Source: Desulfobacterales bacterium (GTDB lineage Bacteria; Desulfobacterota; Desulfobacteria; Desulfobacterales; UBA5852). From it: a stretch of 64,000 nucleotides of DNA. A model generated the notes under the pieces. That model made no database searches and was not told where the DNA came from. It saw nothing but the letters and a program-made list of their open reading frames with translations. Of the stretch, positions 46,495-58,841 are shown piece after piece. Every line of letters starts with the position of its first letter. Position 1 is the stretch's first letter. The DNA is taken from the NCBI GenBank assembly GCA_963674755.2, contig CAXXVS010000002.1:928001-992000 (forward strand), read 5' to 3'. Made by a program: the position numbers and the translations under genes.

Positions 46495-48732
46495 TTAAGC
46501 CTGACGCGCAGGGCTTTTATCGATCACCGGCATCGCGTTGCCACGCACCACCTGTTCGCGATTCAGAAAGCGCCGGTATTCCACCATCTTGGCGAAGGCC
46601 AGGACCGCCCGTTCCGGTGTTTCGTAGAAAACGCCGTTATAGGCACAGCCCTCGACCGGATACACCGTTCGATCGTTGTCTTCCCGCAGCAGGCTGACGC
46701 CGAAAACCGGTTTGCCGTAGCGCGCGCACAATTCGGCGATCCGTTGTACATAGCTCTTTTCGAAGGCTTCCAGGGTTTGCCGCGTCGCGGCCAGAAAGTC
46801 TTCACTGAGATCCGGGTCGGCGGTGGCGGCCGAAGCGGTCAGGCGTTGGACAAAGATTCGCCGTCCAAGGATGCCCAGGTTGATCACCGCGTCGCAGCCA
46901 TCCCAGCGCAGCAATTCTTCCATAACCAACATGGGCAGATCCAGATCGTTTTCGCCCACCAGATCCACCGGATTGGTCCGGCTCCAATAGGGGGGCAGCA
47001 TCGTATCAATGCGGGCGATGACAGTCTCGTCCAGGGGCGGCACCTCGATACCGTTCTGGTTGCACAGATCAGCGGTCACAACACCCCAGCCACCGCCTAA
47101 TGTCATGATGGCGGCGCGGTTGCTTTCGGGCAAGGGCAATGAGGAAAAAGCGGCGGACAGGTCGAGGAGTTCCATGGGGCGGTCCACTTTGACGATACCG
47201 GCCTGCCGGCACATGGCATTGAACACGGCGGTGTCCGACGCCATGGCCCCGGTATGACTGGCCGCGGCCCGGTTGCCGGCCTGGCTCTGGCCGCCCTTCA
47301 GCAGCATGATGGGTTTGTGCCGGCTTACCCGACGCGCGTTTTCGAAAAAGCGGCGGCCCTGCTTGACGCTTTCCACATACAGCATCACGGTCCGGGTCAG
47401 CTCGTCCTGTTCGAAACCCTCCAGGAAATCCTCAATGGTCAGCATGGCCTCGTTGCCCGATCCTGCAAAGCCGCGGATACCGATGCCCTGCTGTTCGGCA
47501 AAGGCCAGGAGTTGGGTTCCCATGTTGCCGGACTGAGCCACAACGGCCGTGTCGCCGGCAATGGGCCGCACCGGGGAACCGGTGCAATAAAATTGGATGT
47601 GCGGATTGCAAATACCCATGGTGTTGGGCCCCAGGATCAGGATGCCGGCCTCGCGGGCCTGCTTCACCAGGTTTTTTTCAAGGGCCACGCCCTCTTGGCC
47701 GGTTTCACCGAAGCCGGAAGTGATCAGGAGAACATTGCGGATACCCTTTTGTTTGAATTGTGGAATCTGACCGGCCACGAGGTGCGCCGGAATGGTGACC
47801 ACCGCCAGATCGATATCCTCCGGCAAGTCGGCCACACTGGGGTAGACCGGCCGTCCCGCGATTTTGCCGCCCCGCGGATTCACCAGGAAGATTTCGCCAT
47901 CGAATCCGCCCCCGACGGTGTTGACGAACAACATGTGACCCCACTTGCCGAATTGGGCGGAAGCGCCGATAAACGCAATCCGGCGGGGATAAAACAGTCT
48001 GTGGATATCGGCTGGTGCGACCGGTTCAACGGCATCGGTTTGTGGCGGGGCAGGGCGGCAACTCATGAGCGCATCCACCACCTTGACGCCGCCGTCACGT
48101 TCAATCAGCAGCGGGTTGAGATCGATTTCGGCGATCTCCGGTATTGCCAATGCCAAATCGGCCAGTCCCAGCAGCAGATCGGCCAGCCCCTGGCGGTCAA
48201 CCGCCGGTTCACCGCGGAAGGCATCCAGCAGGGTCGCAGCCTGGATGCTGTCCATCATATCGAGGGCATCGTCCGCGGAAATGGGCAGGACCCGGCAGGT
48301 GGTGTCGCCAAGGGCTTCCGTCAGGACTCCGCCGATACCGAACATGAGCACGGGCCCGAACTGCGGATCCCGCACCATGCCGGCCATCAGTTCCCTTTGG
48401 GCCCGGATATGGCGTTGGACCAGCAGGCCCTCGAGGCGATCGTCACCAAGCTTGAAAATATGTTCGGCGGCCTCGCGGACCGCATCGGCCGTATGAAGGT
48501 TTGTGCAGACCAACCCTAACTCGGTCTTGTGCAAGAGACGACTGCCAAGCCCCTTGAGCACGACAGGAAAACCAATGCCTTCAGCCGCAGCCACGGCTTC
48601 GTCCACACGGGTTGCCACGCTTTCTTCGACCACCGGCAAACCGTGTTGGCGCAAGATTGTCTTGGCTTCGTTTTCGTTAAGCGCACCATTGGATCTGTCG
48701 AGGGCGGTTTGAATAAGGCTCTGATGGTTCAC
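46495..48732 (-). CDS. ADP-forming acetate/acyl-CoA ligase (beta-alpha fusion)
   Basis: N-terminal ATP-grasp 'GFPVVLKG...HKTELG', 'DPQFGPVLMFG'; CoA-binding 'LGPNTMG', 'QSGN'; phospho-His 'ASHTGA'. Confidence 0.93.
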   Translation of the reverse strand: MNHQSLIQTALDRSNGALNENEAKTILRQHGLPVVEESVATRVDEAVAAAEGIGFPVVLKGLGSRLLHKTELGLVCTNLHTADAVREAAEHIFKLGDDRLEGLLVQRHIRAQRELMAGMVRDPQFGPVLMFGIGGVLTEALGDTTCRVLPISADDALDMMDSIQAATLLDAFRGEPAVDRQGLADLLLGLADLALAIPEIAEIDLNPLLIERDGGVKVVDALMSCRPAPPQTDAVEPVAPADIHRLFYPRRIAFIGASAQFGKWGHMLFVNTVGGGFDGEIFLVNPRGGKIAGRPVYPSVADLPEDIDLAVVTIPAHLVAGQIPQFKQKGIRNVLLITSGFGETGQEGVALEKNLVKQAREAGILILGPNTMGICNPHIQFYCTGSPVRPIAGDTAVVAQSGNMGTQLLAFAEQQGIGIRGFAGSGNEAMLTIEDFLEGFEQDELTRTVMLYVESVKQGRRFFENARRVSRHKPIMLLKGGQSQAGNRAAASHTGAMASDTAVFNAMCRQAGIVKVDRPMELLDLSAAFSSLPLPESNRAAIMTLGGGWGVVTADLCNQNGIEVPPLDETVIARIDTMLPPYWSRTNPVDLVGENDLDLPMLVMEELLRWDGCDAVINLGILGRRIFVQRLTASAATADPDLSEDFLAATRQTLEAFEKSYVQRIAELCARYGKPVFGVSLLREDNDRTVYPVEGCAYNGVFYETPERAVLAFAKMVEYRRFLNREQVVRGNAMPVIDKSPARQA

Positions 48733-48839
48733 GTTGAATTCCGTTGAATGGGGTCGGTGATGTTGAACCGGAAGGCTGATTGGGAGGCGCCCATGCTGAC
48801 GACGGCGGGCAGGCCTCCGCGACGATCAGCGGAGCAACG

Positions 48840-48868
48840 CTTATAACGCCAGGCTTGCTCCGCGTCAA
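48840..48868 (-). promoter_or_regulatory. Sigma70-type promoter of the acyl-CoA ligase
   Basis: Minus strand TTGACG-N17-TATAAG. Confidence 0.6.
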
Positions 48869-48920
48869 GATGTACGCCAGCGAAAGGACGCTTGCCGGCC
48901 GCATTCGGCCAGCGGGTGTC

Positions 48921-49814
48921 TCAGCGGGCCCGGGTGTGAAAATTGCGGCGCATGCTTTCGCGAAAGGAGCGCTGCTTGTTGTTGAGCAAAGTGTAGCTGT
49001 ATCGGATGTTCTTTTCGATAAGATCCGGGTAGTTGCGAATGTTATGTTTGAGTTTGCCAGTGTTGGAGGTCACCTTGCGCAACAGATCGATTTCCTTGCC
49101 GATAACCTTGGTTTGTCCCGTCTTGACCGCGTGTAGGAAGGCCTCGCGTTCCGGCGGGCAGGATGCATAGGTCACCGAGCGTCCCATTTGCGATACGCGA
49201 TGGCCGTCACTGCCGCCCGTGATGCCCTTGCCGATATTAAACCCCAGAACCGTGCTCTGCAGGTTCCATTTGTTCATATTCTCGGCGTTGATCACTTCGA
49301 TGCCATCCACCATTTCATACAGCAATAGCCGTCGCGATTCGGAGAAATAGGAATTCTGGATGCCGGTATAGGCGGCACTGTAGGGGTGCGGAAAGACAAT
49401 CACCGCTGGGAAACGGCGGGCGGCTTCGATGATGGCCTCCATTTCCAGATCGGTCGAGCTCATGACATCCGCCCCTAGGGCAGGCACGATAGCGTTCCGG
49501 TAAAACCGTTCCAAATCAGCGGTTGCGTAGAAGTAAATCAGGATATGGCTGCCTTCGGCGGAAGTGACTTCGATACCGGGAATGCATAGAATGTCGCGCT
49601 GTGCATCTAGCTCGACGGCACCGCGGATTTCATTGTGATCGGTGATGGCCAGACCGATGGCCAATCGCCGTGCGGTTTCAGCGATCTGGGCAATGGTGTT
49701 GTGGCCGTCGGAATAGCTGGTATGGAAATGCATATCAACGACCGTATAGTGGTCGTTGAGGTGCGCTAAATCCGGTTTTTTAAATTCAATGCGTTGATAC
49801 GTCAGGTCGGTCAT
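48921..49814 (-). CDS. PHP-domain metal-dependent phosphoesterase
   Basis: 'DMHFHTSYSDG', 'AITDHN', 'PGIEV', 'GGSDGH'. Confidence 0.9.
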   Translation of the reverse strand: MTDLTYQRIEFKKPDLAHLNDHYTVVDMHFHTSYSDGHNTIAQIAETARRLAIGLAITDHNEIRGAVELDAQRDILCIPGIEVTSAEGSHILIYFYATADLERFYRNAIVPALGADVMSSTDLEMEAIIEAARRFPAVIVFPHPYSAAYTGIQNSYFSESRRLLLYEMVDGIEVINAENMNKWNLQSTVLGFNIGKGITGGSDGHRVSQMGRSVTYASCPPEREAFLHAVKTGQTKVIGKEIDLLRKVTSNTGKLKHNIRNYPDLIEKNIRYSYTLLNNKQRSFRESMRRNFHTRAR

Positions 49815-50133
49815 GCAGTTTCAGTTCAACCCAAAGTGCCGCGGCAGTCCTGGGATGCCTTTCAGAGATCGGTAACGTACAGGCCCGTTCAGATGGCAAC
49901 CGAAGCGTCGGTGGTGCTGTCCAATGGCCTTCGATGGTTTCGCGATGGTTTTTATCTGCTGAATGTGTATAGTACATATCGTCGCAAATGGGAAATTCTT
50001 AAAACTTTTTCCTGAACGCGCTAGGATGCGGCCCGTCCGGAACGTCGTTTTTAACATAATACCGATCGACCGGCGTTCCAAGGCGGAAGGATAAGCACTG
50101 CGGCCATTGTTTCAAGGTAAGGAGGTTATCGGT

Positions 50134-50616
50134 ATGCGTGTCGGGATGGGTTACGATATTCATCGCTTGGTATCCGGCCGCCGTCTTGTGATCGGCGGGG
50201 TCGAAATCCCCTTTGATCGGGGGTTGCTGGGACATTCCGATGCCGATGTCCTGACCCATGCCCTGTGTGACGCCCTGTTAGGTGCGGCGGGGTTGGGCGA
50301 TATCGGTCTTCATTTTCCCGATACCGACGATGCCTGGACTGATATCGACAGCCTCGAACTGCTGCAGAGGGTCAATGAGATGATTGCGCCCCAATGGCAT
50401 ATCGTCAATATCGATGCGACGGTAGTGGCGCAGGCCCCCAAAATCGGTCCCTATCGCGAACAGATGCGTGCCAATCTGGCGGCGGTGCTGGAAATCGCCC
50501 CCGACCGGATCAATATCAAAGCCACCACCACCGAAACCCTCGGCGCGATTGGAAGGGGGGAGGGGATTGGCGCCCAATGCGTCGTCCTGCTGCAAGGGAC
50601 CGGTAAGCACACCTGA
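50134..50616 (+). CDS. ispF: 2-C-methyl-D-erythritol 2,4-cyclodiphosphate synthase
   Basis: 'RVGMGYDIH', 'GHSDADV', 'GDIGLHFPD', 'KATTTE'. Confidence 0.97.
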   Translation: MRVGMGYDIHRLVSGRRLVIGGVEIPFDRGLLGHSDADVLTHALCDALLGAAGLGDIGLHFPDTDDAWTDIDSLELLQRVNEMIAPQWHIVNIDATVVAQAPKIGPYREQMRANLAAVLEIAPDRINIKATTTETLGAIGRGEGIGAQCVVLLQGTGKHT

Positions 50617-50678
50617 CCCGGAACAACCATTCGCCGAGAGTCTGATGGGACCACTGAAGATCAAGGTTCACGTGATCA

Positions 50679-52682
50679 ATGAAATCATTGTTTAAACTTT
50701 CTTCGGGATACAAACCCCGGGGGGATCAGCCCGAGGCCATTCGTACCACGCTCCAAAACCTGAAAAACGGGTCGCGGCACAATGTTTTGCTGGGGGTCAC
50801 CGGATCCGGCAAAACCTTTACGATGGCCAACATCATTGCCGATATCGGCGTCCCGGCTTTGGTCATAGCGCCCAACAAAACCCTGGCGGCGCAGCTCTAC
50901 AATGAGTTCAAGACCTTTTTCCCGGATAACGCGGTGGAGTATTTTGTCAGCTATTACGACTATTACCAGCCGGAAGCCTACATCCCCGCCAGCGACACTT
51001 ACATTGCCAAGGATTCATCCATTAACGAGCTGATCGACAAACTGCGTCATTCGGCTACCCGGTCGGTTCTCTCGCGGCGGGATGTCATCGTGGTGGCCAG
51101 CGTCTCCTGTATCTATGGACTGGGGGCGCCTGAAGATTACCTTGGGCTGCGCATCGACATGGCAAGCGGAGACCGGCTGGAACGGGATGCGCTGCTGCGC
51201 AAGCTGGTATCGATGCAGTATGAGCGTAACGATATCGATTTCCATCGGGGCACCTTTCGTGTGCGGGGCGATCGGGTGGATATTTTCCCCGCCTATGAAG
51301 AGACGGTCGCTCTGCGGGTTTCTTTCTTCGGAGACGAAATCGACGGTTTGGCGGAAATCGATCCTTTGCGGGGGTCGGTCTTGCGGGACACGCCCCAGGT
51401 GACGCTTTTCCCGGCGAGTCACTATGTCACTCCGACCGGTACGCTCAAACGGGCGACCAAGACCATCATGACCGAACTGAAGGAACGTCTGGAACAATTC
51501 CATCAAGTCCGTCGCTTGGTCGAAGCGCAGCGCCTTGAAGAACGTACCCTCTACGATTTGGAAATGATGAATGAACTGGGCTATTGCAATGGTATCGAAA
51601 ACTATTCCCGCCACCTCACCGGCCGCCAGCCGGGCGAACCGCCACCCACCCTGCTGGATTATCTTCCGGACGATTTCCTGCTGTTTATCGACGAAAGCCA
51701 TATCACCATTCCCCAGCTGGGCGGCATGTACCGCGGCGATCGCAGCCGCAAGCAGACCCTGGTGGAATTCGGGTTTCGGCTGCCCTCCGCCCTGGACAAC
51801 CGGCCCCTGAAATTCGATGAAGCCACTTCGCGGTTCAACCGGGCGGTCTATGTTTCGGCAACGCCGGCTGCCTATGAAAGCCGGATGGCCGGACCCAATA
51901 TGGTAGAGTTGATCGTGCGCCCCACCGGCTTGGTGGACCCGGAAATCGAGGTTCGCCCTGCCGGCGTCCAGGTGGACGATCTCATGGAGGAAATCAAGCG
52001 GCGGGCGGGACGGGACGAGCGTGTCCTGGTTACCACCCTGACCAAGCGCATGGCCGAAGATCTGACAGCCTATTATGGGGATCTGGGCTTGCGCGTACGC
52101 TATCTGCATGCGGATATCTCCACGCTCGAACGCATGGACATCATCCGTGATTTGCGGATGGGTGAATTTGATGTGCTCATCGGCATCAACCTGTTGCGGG
52201 AAGGGCTGGATATCCCGGAGGTCTCCCTGGTGGCCATTCTGGACGCCGACAAGGAGGGATTTCTGCGATCAACGCGTTCCCTCATCCAGACTTGCGGGCG
52301 GGCGGCGCGCAATGCACGTGGCCGGGTCATCATGTATGCCGATAAGGTCACCGGTTCCATGCAGCAGGCGATCGACGAAACCACCCGCCGACGGTCGATC
52401 CAGCAAACCTACAATCAACAGCATGGGATAACGCCGCAATCCATCCGCAAGGAGATCGTTTCGATCTTCGATACCCTCTCAGGGGGGACCCCCGAAGACC
52501 AAAACCAGGTGAGGGAAGCGCAGGCGACTTACAACCGCCTGGAGGATATGGAAGCCTCCATCCAACAGCTCGAAAAGGAAATGATGGCGGCCGCCCGCGA
52601 TCTGGAATTCGAGCGCGCAGCGGAATTGCGCGATCGTATCCAGGCCATCCAGGCCAAACTGGTCTTCAATGGCCAGGCCTGA
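50679..52682 (+). CDS. uvrB: Excinuclease ABC subunit B
   Basis: 'GVTGSGKT', '[10 protein letters not shown]', '[10 protein letters not shown]', C-terminal UVR domain. Confidence 0.98.
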   Translation: MKSLFKLSSGYKPRGDQPEAIRTTLQNLKNGSRHNVLLGVTGSGKTFTMANIIADIGVPALVIAPNKTLAAQLYNEFKTFFPDNAVEYFVSYYDYYQPEAYIPASDTYIAKDSSINELIDKLRHSATRSVLSRRDVIVVASVSCIYGLGAPEDYLGLRIDMASGDRLERDALLRKLVSMQYERNDIDFHRGTFRVRGDRVDIFPAYEETVALRVSFFGDEIDGLAEIDPLRGSVLRDTPQVTLFPASHYVTPTGTLKRATKTIMTELKERLEQFHQVRRLVEAQRLEERTLYDLEMMNELGYCNGIENYSRHLTGRQPGEPPPTLLDYLPDDFLLFIDESHITIPQLGGMYRGDRSRKQTLVEFGFRLPSALDNRPLKFDEATSRFNRAVYVSATPAAYESRMAGPNMVELIVRPTGLVDPEIEVRPAGVQVDDLMEEIKRRAGRDERVLVTTLTKRMAEDLTAYYGDLGLRVRYLHADISTLERMDIIRDLRMGEFDVLIGINLLREGLDIPEVSLVAILDADKEGFLRSTRSLIQTCGRAARNARGRVIMYADKVTGSMQQAIDETTRRRSIQQTYNQQHGITPQSIRKEIVSIFDTLSGGTPEDQNQVREAQATYNRLEDMEASIQQLEKEMMAAARDLEFERAAELRDRIQAIQAKLVFNGQA

Positions 52683-52706
52683 AGAACGGGGCAGGGAAGG
52701 TATCGA

Positions 52707-54578
52707 TTGTCACAACCGGTAAACCGACACGAGGATGACACAAGGGCCAAAGTCCGCCGGAGTCCCACGGGCCCCGGCGTTTATCTGATGAAGGACAAAA
52801 GCGGTAAAATCCTTTATGTGGGCAAGGCCAAAAACCTCAAACGACGTCTCACATCCTACTTTATTAAAGCCCAGCACGCCGACGCCAAAACGAGTGCCCT
52901 GTTGAAGCGGGTTGCGGACTTTGACACGATCGTGACGGGATCGGAAAAAGAGGCCCTGCTTCTTGAGTCCACGCTTATTAAACGCCACCGGCCCCGCTAC
53001 AACGTCGTTCTCAAAGATGACAAGCGCTATCCGGTTTTACGCTTCGATATGCCGCATCCTTATCCCAATCTCACAATCGTTCGTAAGATCGGCAAAGACG
53101 GAGCGGCTTATTTTGGCCCCTTTGCATCCGCCCATGCGGTTCGTGAAACCCTGAAGTTCATCAACCGTCACTTCCGCTTGCGCAAATGCAAGAACCGCGA
53201 ATTTGTCCAGCGCACCCGTCCCTGTCTGCATTACCAGATGGATGCCTGCTATGGCCCCTGTTGCCTGGAAGTGGATCAGGAATTCTATCGGAAAATCGTC
53301 GATGACGTGATTCTTTTTTTAAAGGGTCGGACACCGACCCTGATACGCAAATTGCGCCGTCAAATGGATCATGCCGTAGAGAAATTGGCCTTTGAGGAAG
53401 CCGCCCAGCTGCGCGACCGTATCCAAGCGTTGGAAATGACGCTTGAAAAACAGCATGCGGTGTCACGCGATTTGATGGATCGTGACATCATTAATATGGT
53501 CGGATTCGAAGACCGCATGATCGTGAACGTACTCTCCATTCGCGGTGGCTATCTTCAGAACAGCCGCAATTTCGAAATCTCCGAAACCCTGTCGGACGCA
53601 GGGGAAATTCTGAGCGGCTTCATCCGCCAGCTCTACGCCAAAGGCGTTCAGTGCCCCGGAGAAATTCTGATGCCGCTGGAAACGGCGGAAGGCCTGCTGC
53701 TGGAGGACTGGTTTCGATCGGAACACGGCCAGCGCGTCAGGCTCATCCATCCCCAGCGGGGCGAAAAAAAACGCCTGCTGGAAATGGGGTTCCGCAATGC
53801 CGAGGAGGCCCTGCGGGAAAGCATCGCTGATGAAAACCGGCGTCGCAGTCTGCTGGAAAAGCTGGCGCGGCGACTGCACCTGAACGTCCTCCCGCACCGC
53901 ATCGAGTGCTTTGACAACAGTACCCTGTTCGGGCAGGCCGCGGCAGCGGCCATGGTTGTTTTTGAAAACGGAGTCGCCTGTCCGGCCCACTACCGCAAAT
54001 TCAACCTGCACCTTTCCGGAAGGCCGGATGACTATGCCGCCATGGAAGAAATTTTGACGCGCCGTTTTGCCAACCACCCTGATTGGCCGCAGCCTGATTT
54101 GTTGTTGCTGGATGGCGGCAAGGGGCAGTTGAACATTGCCATGAAGGTTACAGGATCATTGGGACTGGAGGGGGTATTCGCCCTGGCAGGCATCGCTAAA
54201 AAGGAAACCCGGCGCGGTGAGACCCAGGATAAGATCTATATCCCCGGTCGCGCCAATCCGCTCGTCTTTGCTGACGGCGACGATGCCTTGCTGCTACTGC
54301 AGCGCATTCGCGATGAGGCCCATCGCTTTGCCATCAGTTTCCATCGTAAAAAACGGACCCGCAATGCTTTTGCCAGCGGCTTGGATGGTATTCCGGGGAT
54401 AGGCCAGAAACGGAAAATGGCCCTGCTGCGACAATATGGTGGCCTGACCGCCATCCGGGCAGCGACGCTCGACGAGCTGAGCGCCCTGCCCGGAATGAAT
54501 CGTAACGCGGCCCAGGCTGTCCTGGATGCTTTGACCTCCGATACCGCCGCAGAGAGCGACCCGGAGAGCAAGCTTTAG
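52707..54578 (+). CDS. uvrC: Excinuclease ABC subunit C
   Basis: GIY-YIG 'PGVYLM...LYVGKAKNL', 'RIECFDNS', 'DGGKGQL', 'RDEAHRFA'. Confidence 0.97.
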   Translation: MSQPVNRHEDDTRAKVRRSPTGPGVYLMKDKSGKILYVGKAKNLKRRLTSYFIKAQHADAKTSALLKRVADFDTIVTGSEKEALLLESTLIKRHRPRYNVVLKDDKRYPVLRFDMPHPYPNLTIVRKIGKDGAAYFGPFASAHAVRETLKFINRHFRLRKCKNREFVQRTRPCLHYQMDACYGPCCLEVDQEFYRKIVDDVILFLKGRTPTLIRKLRRQMDHAVEKLAFEEAAQLRDRIQALEMTLEKQHAVSRDLMDRDIINMVGFEDRMIVNVLSIRGGYLQNSRNFEISETLSDAGEILSGFIRQLYAKGVQCPGEILMPLETAEGLLLEDWFRSEHGQRVRLIHPQRGEKKRLLEMGFRNAEEALRESIADENRRRSLLEKLARRLHLNVLPHRIECFDNSTLFGQAAAAAMVVFENGVACPAHYRKFNLHLSGRPDDYAAMEEILTRRFANHPDWPQPDLLLLDGGKGQLNIAMKVTGSLGLEGVFALAGIAKKETRRGETQDKIYIPGRANPLVFADGDDALLLLQRIRDEAHRFAISFHRKKRTRNAFASGLDGIPGIGQKRKMALLRQYGGLTAIRAATLDELSALPGMNRNAAQAVLDALTSDTAAESDPESKL

Positions 54579-54604
54579 CAGGGCTTTCTACGATGAGTGG
54601 ACAA

Positions 54605-55663
<1,059 letters not shown>

Positions 55664-55954
55664 TCACACTGCGGATCAATGCGGGGTCCGGAGCGGGGCG
55701 GCAAGCCAAACGATCCGACCGGCGCCTGAGATCACGCCTTGAAACCACATTCCGTATAGACATAAAAGAGAAAGTTGATATCATGACCGAAAACATTGTC
55801 AATAGATTTATCTAATTTCATCGTATTGACTTTTATTTTGAAATTTGAATATATCCCACAGGATAGGCGTAACTCGTTTTGTTTGTTGCATATTGCATAC
55901 TGGCAAAATGAGAGCTGCCGGAATCGGACCCAGGGTGGGAATAATGAGGCTTTA

Positions 55955-56962
55955 ATGGATCCCAAGGACCAGATCATAGCGCTGTTAAAAGAGGCGGATC
56001 TTTATCAACAACAGGGGCTTTTGAACGAGGCCAAAGAGCGCTACAAAAAAGCCACCGACATCATTAAAGAGAATAAAAGCATAAAAAACGGGCAGGGGCT
56101 CATTGCCAACATCGTTAAAAAAGTCGTTGATCTTAATCAGAAAATAAACCAGATCAATGAAGCGGCTTTCAAACCCACCGTGTCCGGCCAAAAACAGGAC
56201 CTCATCCAAAAATTGTTTGCCGGAGGCGGAGAAAAGGATAACCAGGCGAGCCTGTTGGAAGGTGCTATCGCACTGGCCAAGTTTGGGCAATTCGATCGTG
56301 CTCTATCCGAATTTGAGCGGCTGCTCGATCATGAAACGGTACGGGTTGCCGCCGCTAAAAATATCGCCCGCTGCTATCTGGAAGTGGAGGCCTTTGAAGA
56401 TGCCGCGCGCTGTTTCGAGCGCTGGGTGAACGATGAGCGGTTTACCGAGGGACAACTGGATAAAGTTCGTTTTTTTCTGCAGGGGCGATTTCGCAAGGCC
56501 GGTTTTGAACGCGAACTCTACCAGCGGGAAGAAACCGTTTCCGAAGACGATATCCAAACCCTCGAGATGGAATCAGCCACTAACGAAGCGGCCGATAACG
56601 CCCGAAGCGCTTCTCCGATTGAAAAGCAAAGCGTCGATTTGGAAGATATGGAACTCCCGGAAGAGGAGGAGTTTCTGGATATCAACTCGGTGGGCATCAT
56701 GATTCAGTCCGGACCGCAAAAAGGACGGTTGGTTGAGTTTGATGTGAGCTTTCAAACCGGCAATTCCATCAATCTGATCATCTCCAACAAGGAGAATGAG
56801 CTATTGGAGGCTTTGGGAAAAGGCACACAGCTCAATGACATGCAATTTTTTTCCCCGATTGCCATTCTGAATGGATCCGGTGTTGTCACGAGTAAAACAC
56901 AGATCAAATCAGGTCCCAAAGAAGGTGACTACAGCTTGGATATCACGATTTTAACCACCTAA
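55955..56962 (+). CDS. TPR-repeat protein with acidic linker and C-terminal beta-rich domain
   Basis: 'EADLYQQQGLLNEAKERY', 'ALAKFGQFDRALSEF' TPR-like helices. Confidence 0.7.
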   Translation: MDPKDQIIALLKEADLYQQQGLLNEAKERYKKATDIIKENKSIKNGQGLIANIVKKVVDLNQKINQINEAAFKPTVSGQKQDLIQKLFAGGGEKDNQASLLEGAIALAKFGQFDRALSEFERLLDHETVRVAAAKNIARCYLEVEAFEDAARCFERWVNDERFTEGQLDKVRFFLQGRFRKAGFERELYQREETVSEDDIQTLEMESATNEAADNARSASPIEKQSVDLEDMELPEEEEFLDINSVGIMIQSGPQKGRLVEFDVSFQTGNSINLIISNKENELLEALGKGTQLNDMQFFSPIAILNGSGVVTSKTQIKSGPKEGDYSLDITILTT

Positions 56963-56994
56963 TGCATGCTGAAACAAGTTTGGAGCTGATTTGA

Positions 56995-57609
56995 ATGGCC
57001 ACGTTTAATTTCAAGAAACGCGAAATCGAATGCAAAATCGTCTACTATGGACCGGGGCGATGCGGGAAGACCACGAATCTCGAATATATTTTCAAAACCT
57101 ATAAAAAACAGGTGACAGGTGAAATGGTTTCCATCGACACCGAGGGGGACCGGACCCTGTTTTTTGACTTTCTTCCGATGGGATTGGGAAAAATCAAGGG
57201 CTGTGACGTAAAGGTGCAGCTTTACACCGTTCCTGGGCAGGTCCAGTACAGCTCCACGCGCAAATTGGTACTCAAGGAGGTCGATGGGCTCGTTTTCGTT
57301 GCCGATTCGCTAGAAGTGCGAAGAGAGAAGAATATGCTATCGCTCAAAGATCTCCATGAAAATTTAAAATCCTATGGCACGAGTATATTCAAAGTTCCTC
57401 TGGTCATGCAGTATAACAAACGTGACTTGGAAGAAGAAGGTATCCCCCTGATGCCGATCAAAAAGATGGACCACGACTTGAACCGACAGCTCAAAGCGCC
57501 TTATTACAGCGCCAGTGCGATCAAAGGCCAGGGGGTCCCGCAGACGATCACCGAATGCCTCAAGCGGACGCTCTTAAACTTACAAAAACAACTCAAGTGG
57601 GCAAAATAG
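56995..57609 (+). CDS. mglA: MglA-family small Ras-like GTPase
   Basis: 'KIVYYGPGRCGKTTN', 'DRTLFFDF', 'LYTVPGQV', 'QYNKRD'. Confidence 0.92.
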   Translation: MATFNFKKREIECKIVYYGPGRCGKTTNLEYIFKTYKKQVTGEMVSIDTEGDRTLFFDFLPMGLGKIKGCDVKVQLYTVPGQVQYSSTRKLVLKEVDGLVFVADSLEVRREKNMLSLKDLHENLKSYGTSIFKVPLVMQYNKRDLEEEGIPLMPIKKMDHDLNRQLKAPYYSASAIKGQGVPQTITECLKRTLLNLQKQLKWAK

Positions 57610-57620
57610 GCTTTGCACCA

Positions 57621-58805
57621 ATGGCCACCAATGTTGTCCTATCCGGCAATCTAAATTTTCTTAATCTGGCTGAACTCCTTCAACTGCTGGGCTCGAACGG
57701 CAGCAATGGTATCCTGAGAATCAACGCGCAACATGTATCCGAGCCCGGTATCGTTTTTTTTTCCAATGGCAATCCGGTGCACTCGATCAATGGTGCCCTG
57801 CGTGGTCTGGAGGCCATTTTTTCTCTGTTTGGGTGGATGGAGGGGGAGTTCTCCTTCAGTGGCGAGCCTTATAACGGAGAGACCACGATCAATAAGAGCC
57901 GAATGGAAATTATCCTTGACGGACTTCGCATGCTCGATGACGGTGAAATCGAGAAAGTGCAAGGCGTCCTGGCCGATGAAGCTCCGGTGGAACCCCCCAA
58001 AGCGGTCAGCAAAAAATCGTCTCTTCCCCTCATCAAAGGACCGCTTGTGGACTATCTGCACGTCGTTGACGAAGAAGAATTCTTCGACGGCGAAGAAATC
58101 ATTATCGAAGGCAACCACGGCAATTGGATATGGGTGATTCTGGAAGGTGTTGTCGAGCTGTCCCGCTCGACCCCCAAGGGCCCGGTCAAGTTCCTCCAAA
58201 TTACCGATGGCGCCTTTATCGGAAGCATCAGCGCGTTGCTGTCGGATGAAAGCGTGCGCAGCGTTACGGCAACTGCCGTTGGCAATGTTCAGCTGGGCAT
58301 GCTCGATTCGCAGGGCATGGGCAGTGAATTCAGCCGGGTAACACCGGAATTCCGCAACATTGTAAGGAGTCTCGATAACCGCTTCAATGAAATCATGAAT
58401 CGTGCGGTCGCGACGTTTATCGGTAAAAATGATCCTGCCAAATTGTTGAAAGACAAGCGTCCCGTTATCATGGAAGGCAAAAACGATGACAAGTCCTTTA
58501 TAATTACCGGCGGGCGCGCCTCGATTGCACGCAAAACCAAGAACGGTGTCGTTCCCTTGATAACCGGCCTGAGCAAGGGCGATTTTATTGGACAAATCCC
58601 GTTTCTGGACATGGGATTGGAACCGACATCTGCAATTGTCCTGGGTGATAAACGCCTGAAAGTGGCCACGGTCGACCAACAATCACTGGAGGATGAGTAC
58701 GGAGAGCTGTCGCTGACCTTTAAGAACATGCTCATCAATATTTCAACCAATATCCTGGCAACCGCCATGGTTGTTTGCGATCTGGGGAATAAAGCGGCCC
58801 GCTAA
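57621..58805 (+). CDS. DUF4388 (PATAN-like) plus two cyclic-nucleotide-binding-like domains
   Basis: 'LSGNLNFLNLAELLQLL...GILRI...FGWMEGEFSF'; cNMP-like 'EEIIIEG...VILEGVVE...RSVTATA' and a second degenerate copy. Confidence 0.82.
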   Translation: MATNVVLSGNLNFLNLAELLQLLGSNGSNGILRINAQHVSEPGIVFFSNGNPVHSINGALRGLEAIFSLFGWMEGEFSFSGEPYNGETTINKSRMEIILDGLRMLDDGEIEKVQGVLADEAPVEPPKAVSKKSSLPLIKGPLVDYLHVVDEEEFFDGEEIIIEGNHGNWIWVILEGVVELSRSTPKGPVKFLQITDGAFIGSISALLSDESVRSVTATAVGNVQLGMLDSQGMGSEFSRVTPEFRNIVRSLDNRFNEIMNRAVATFIGKNDPAKLLKDKRPVIMEGKNDDKSFIITGGRASIARKTKNGVVPLITGLSKGDFIGQIPFLDMGLEPTSAIVLGDKRLKVATVDQQSLEDEYGELSLTFKNMLINISTNILATAMVVCDLGNKAAR

Positions 58806-58841
58806 AGGGTGATGCTGCCCCCTCAGGATAGGAGATCCAAG

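Noticed and set aside
50664..50679. parS- or LexA-like palindrome upstream of uvrB
   Set aside because: Only 11 of 16 matches to parS and no fit to a LexA box I can support
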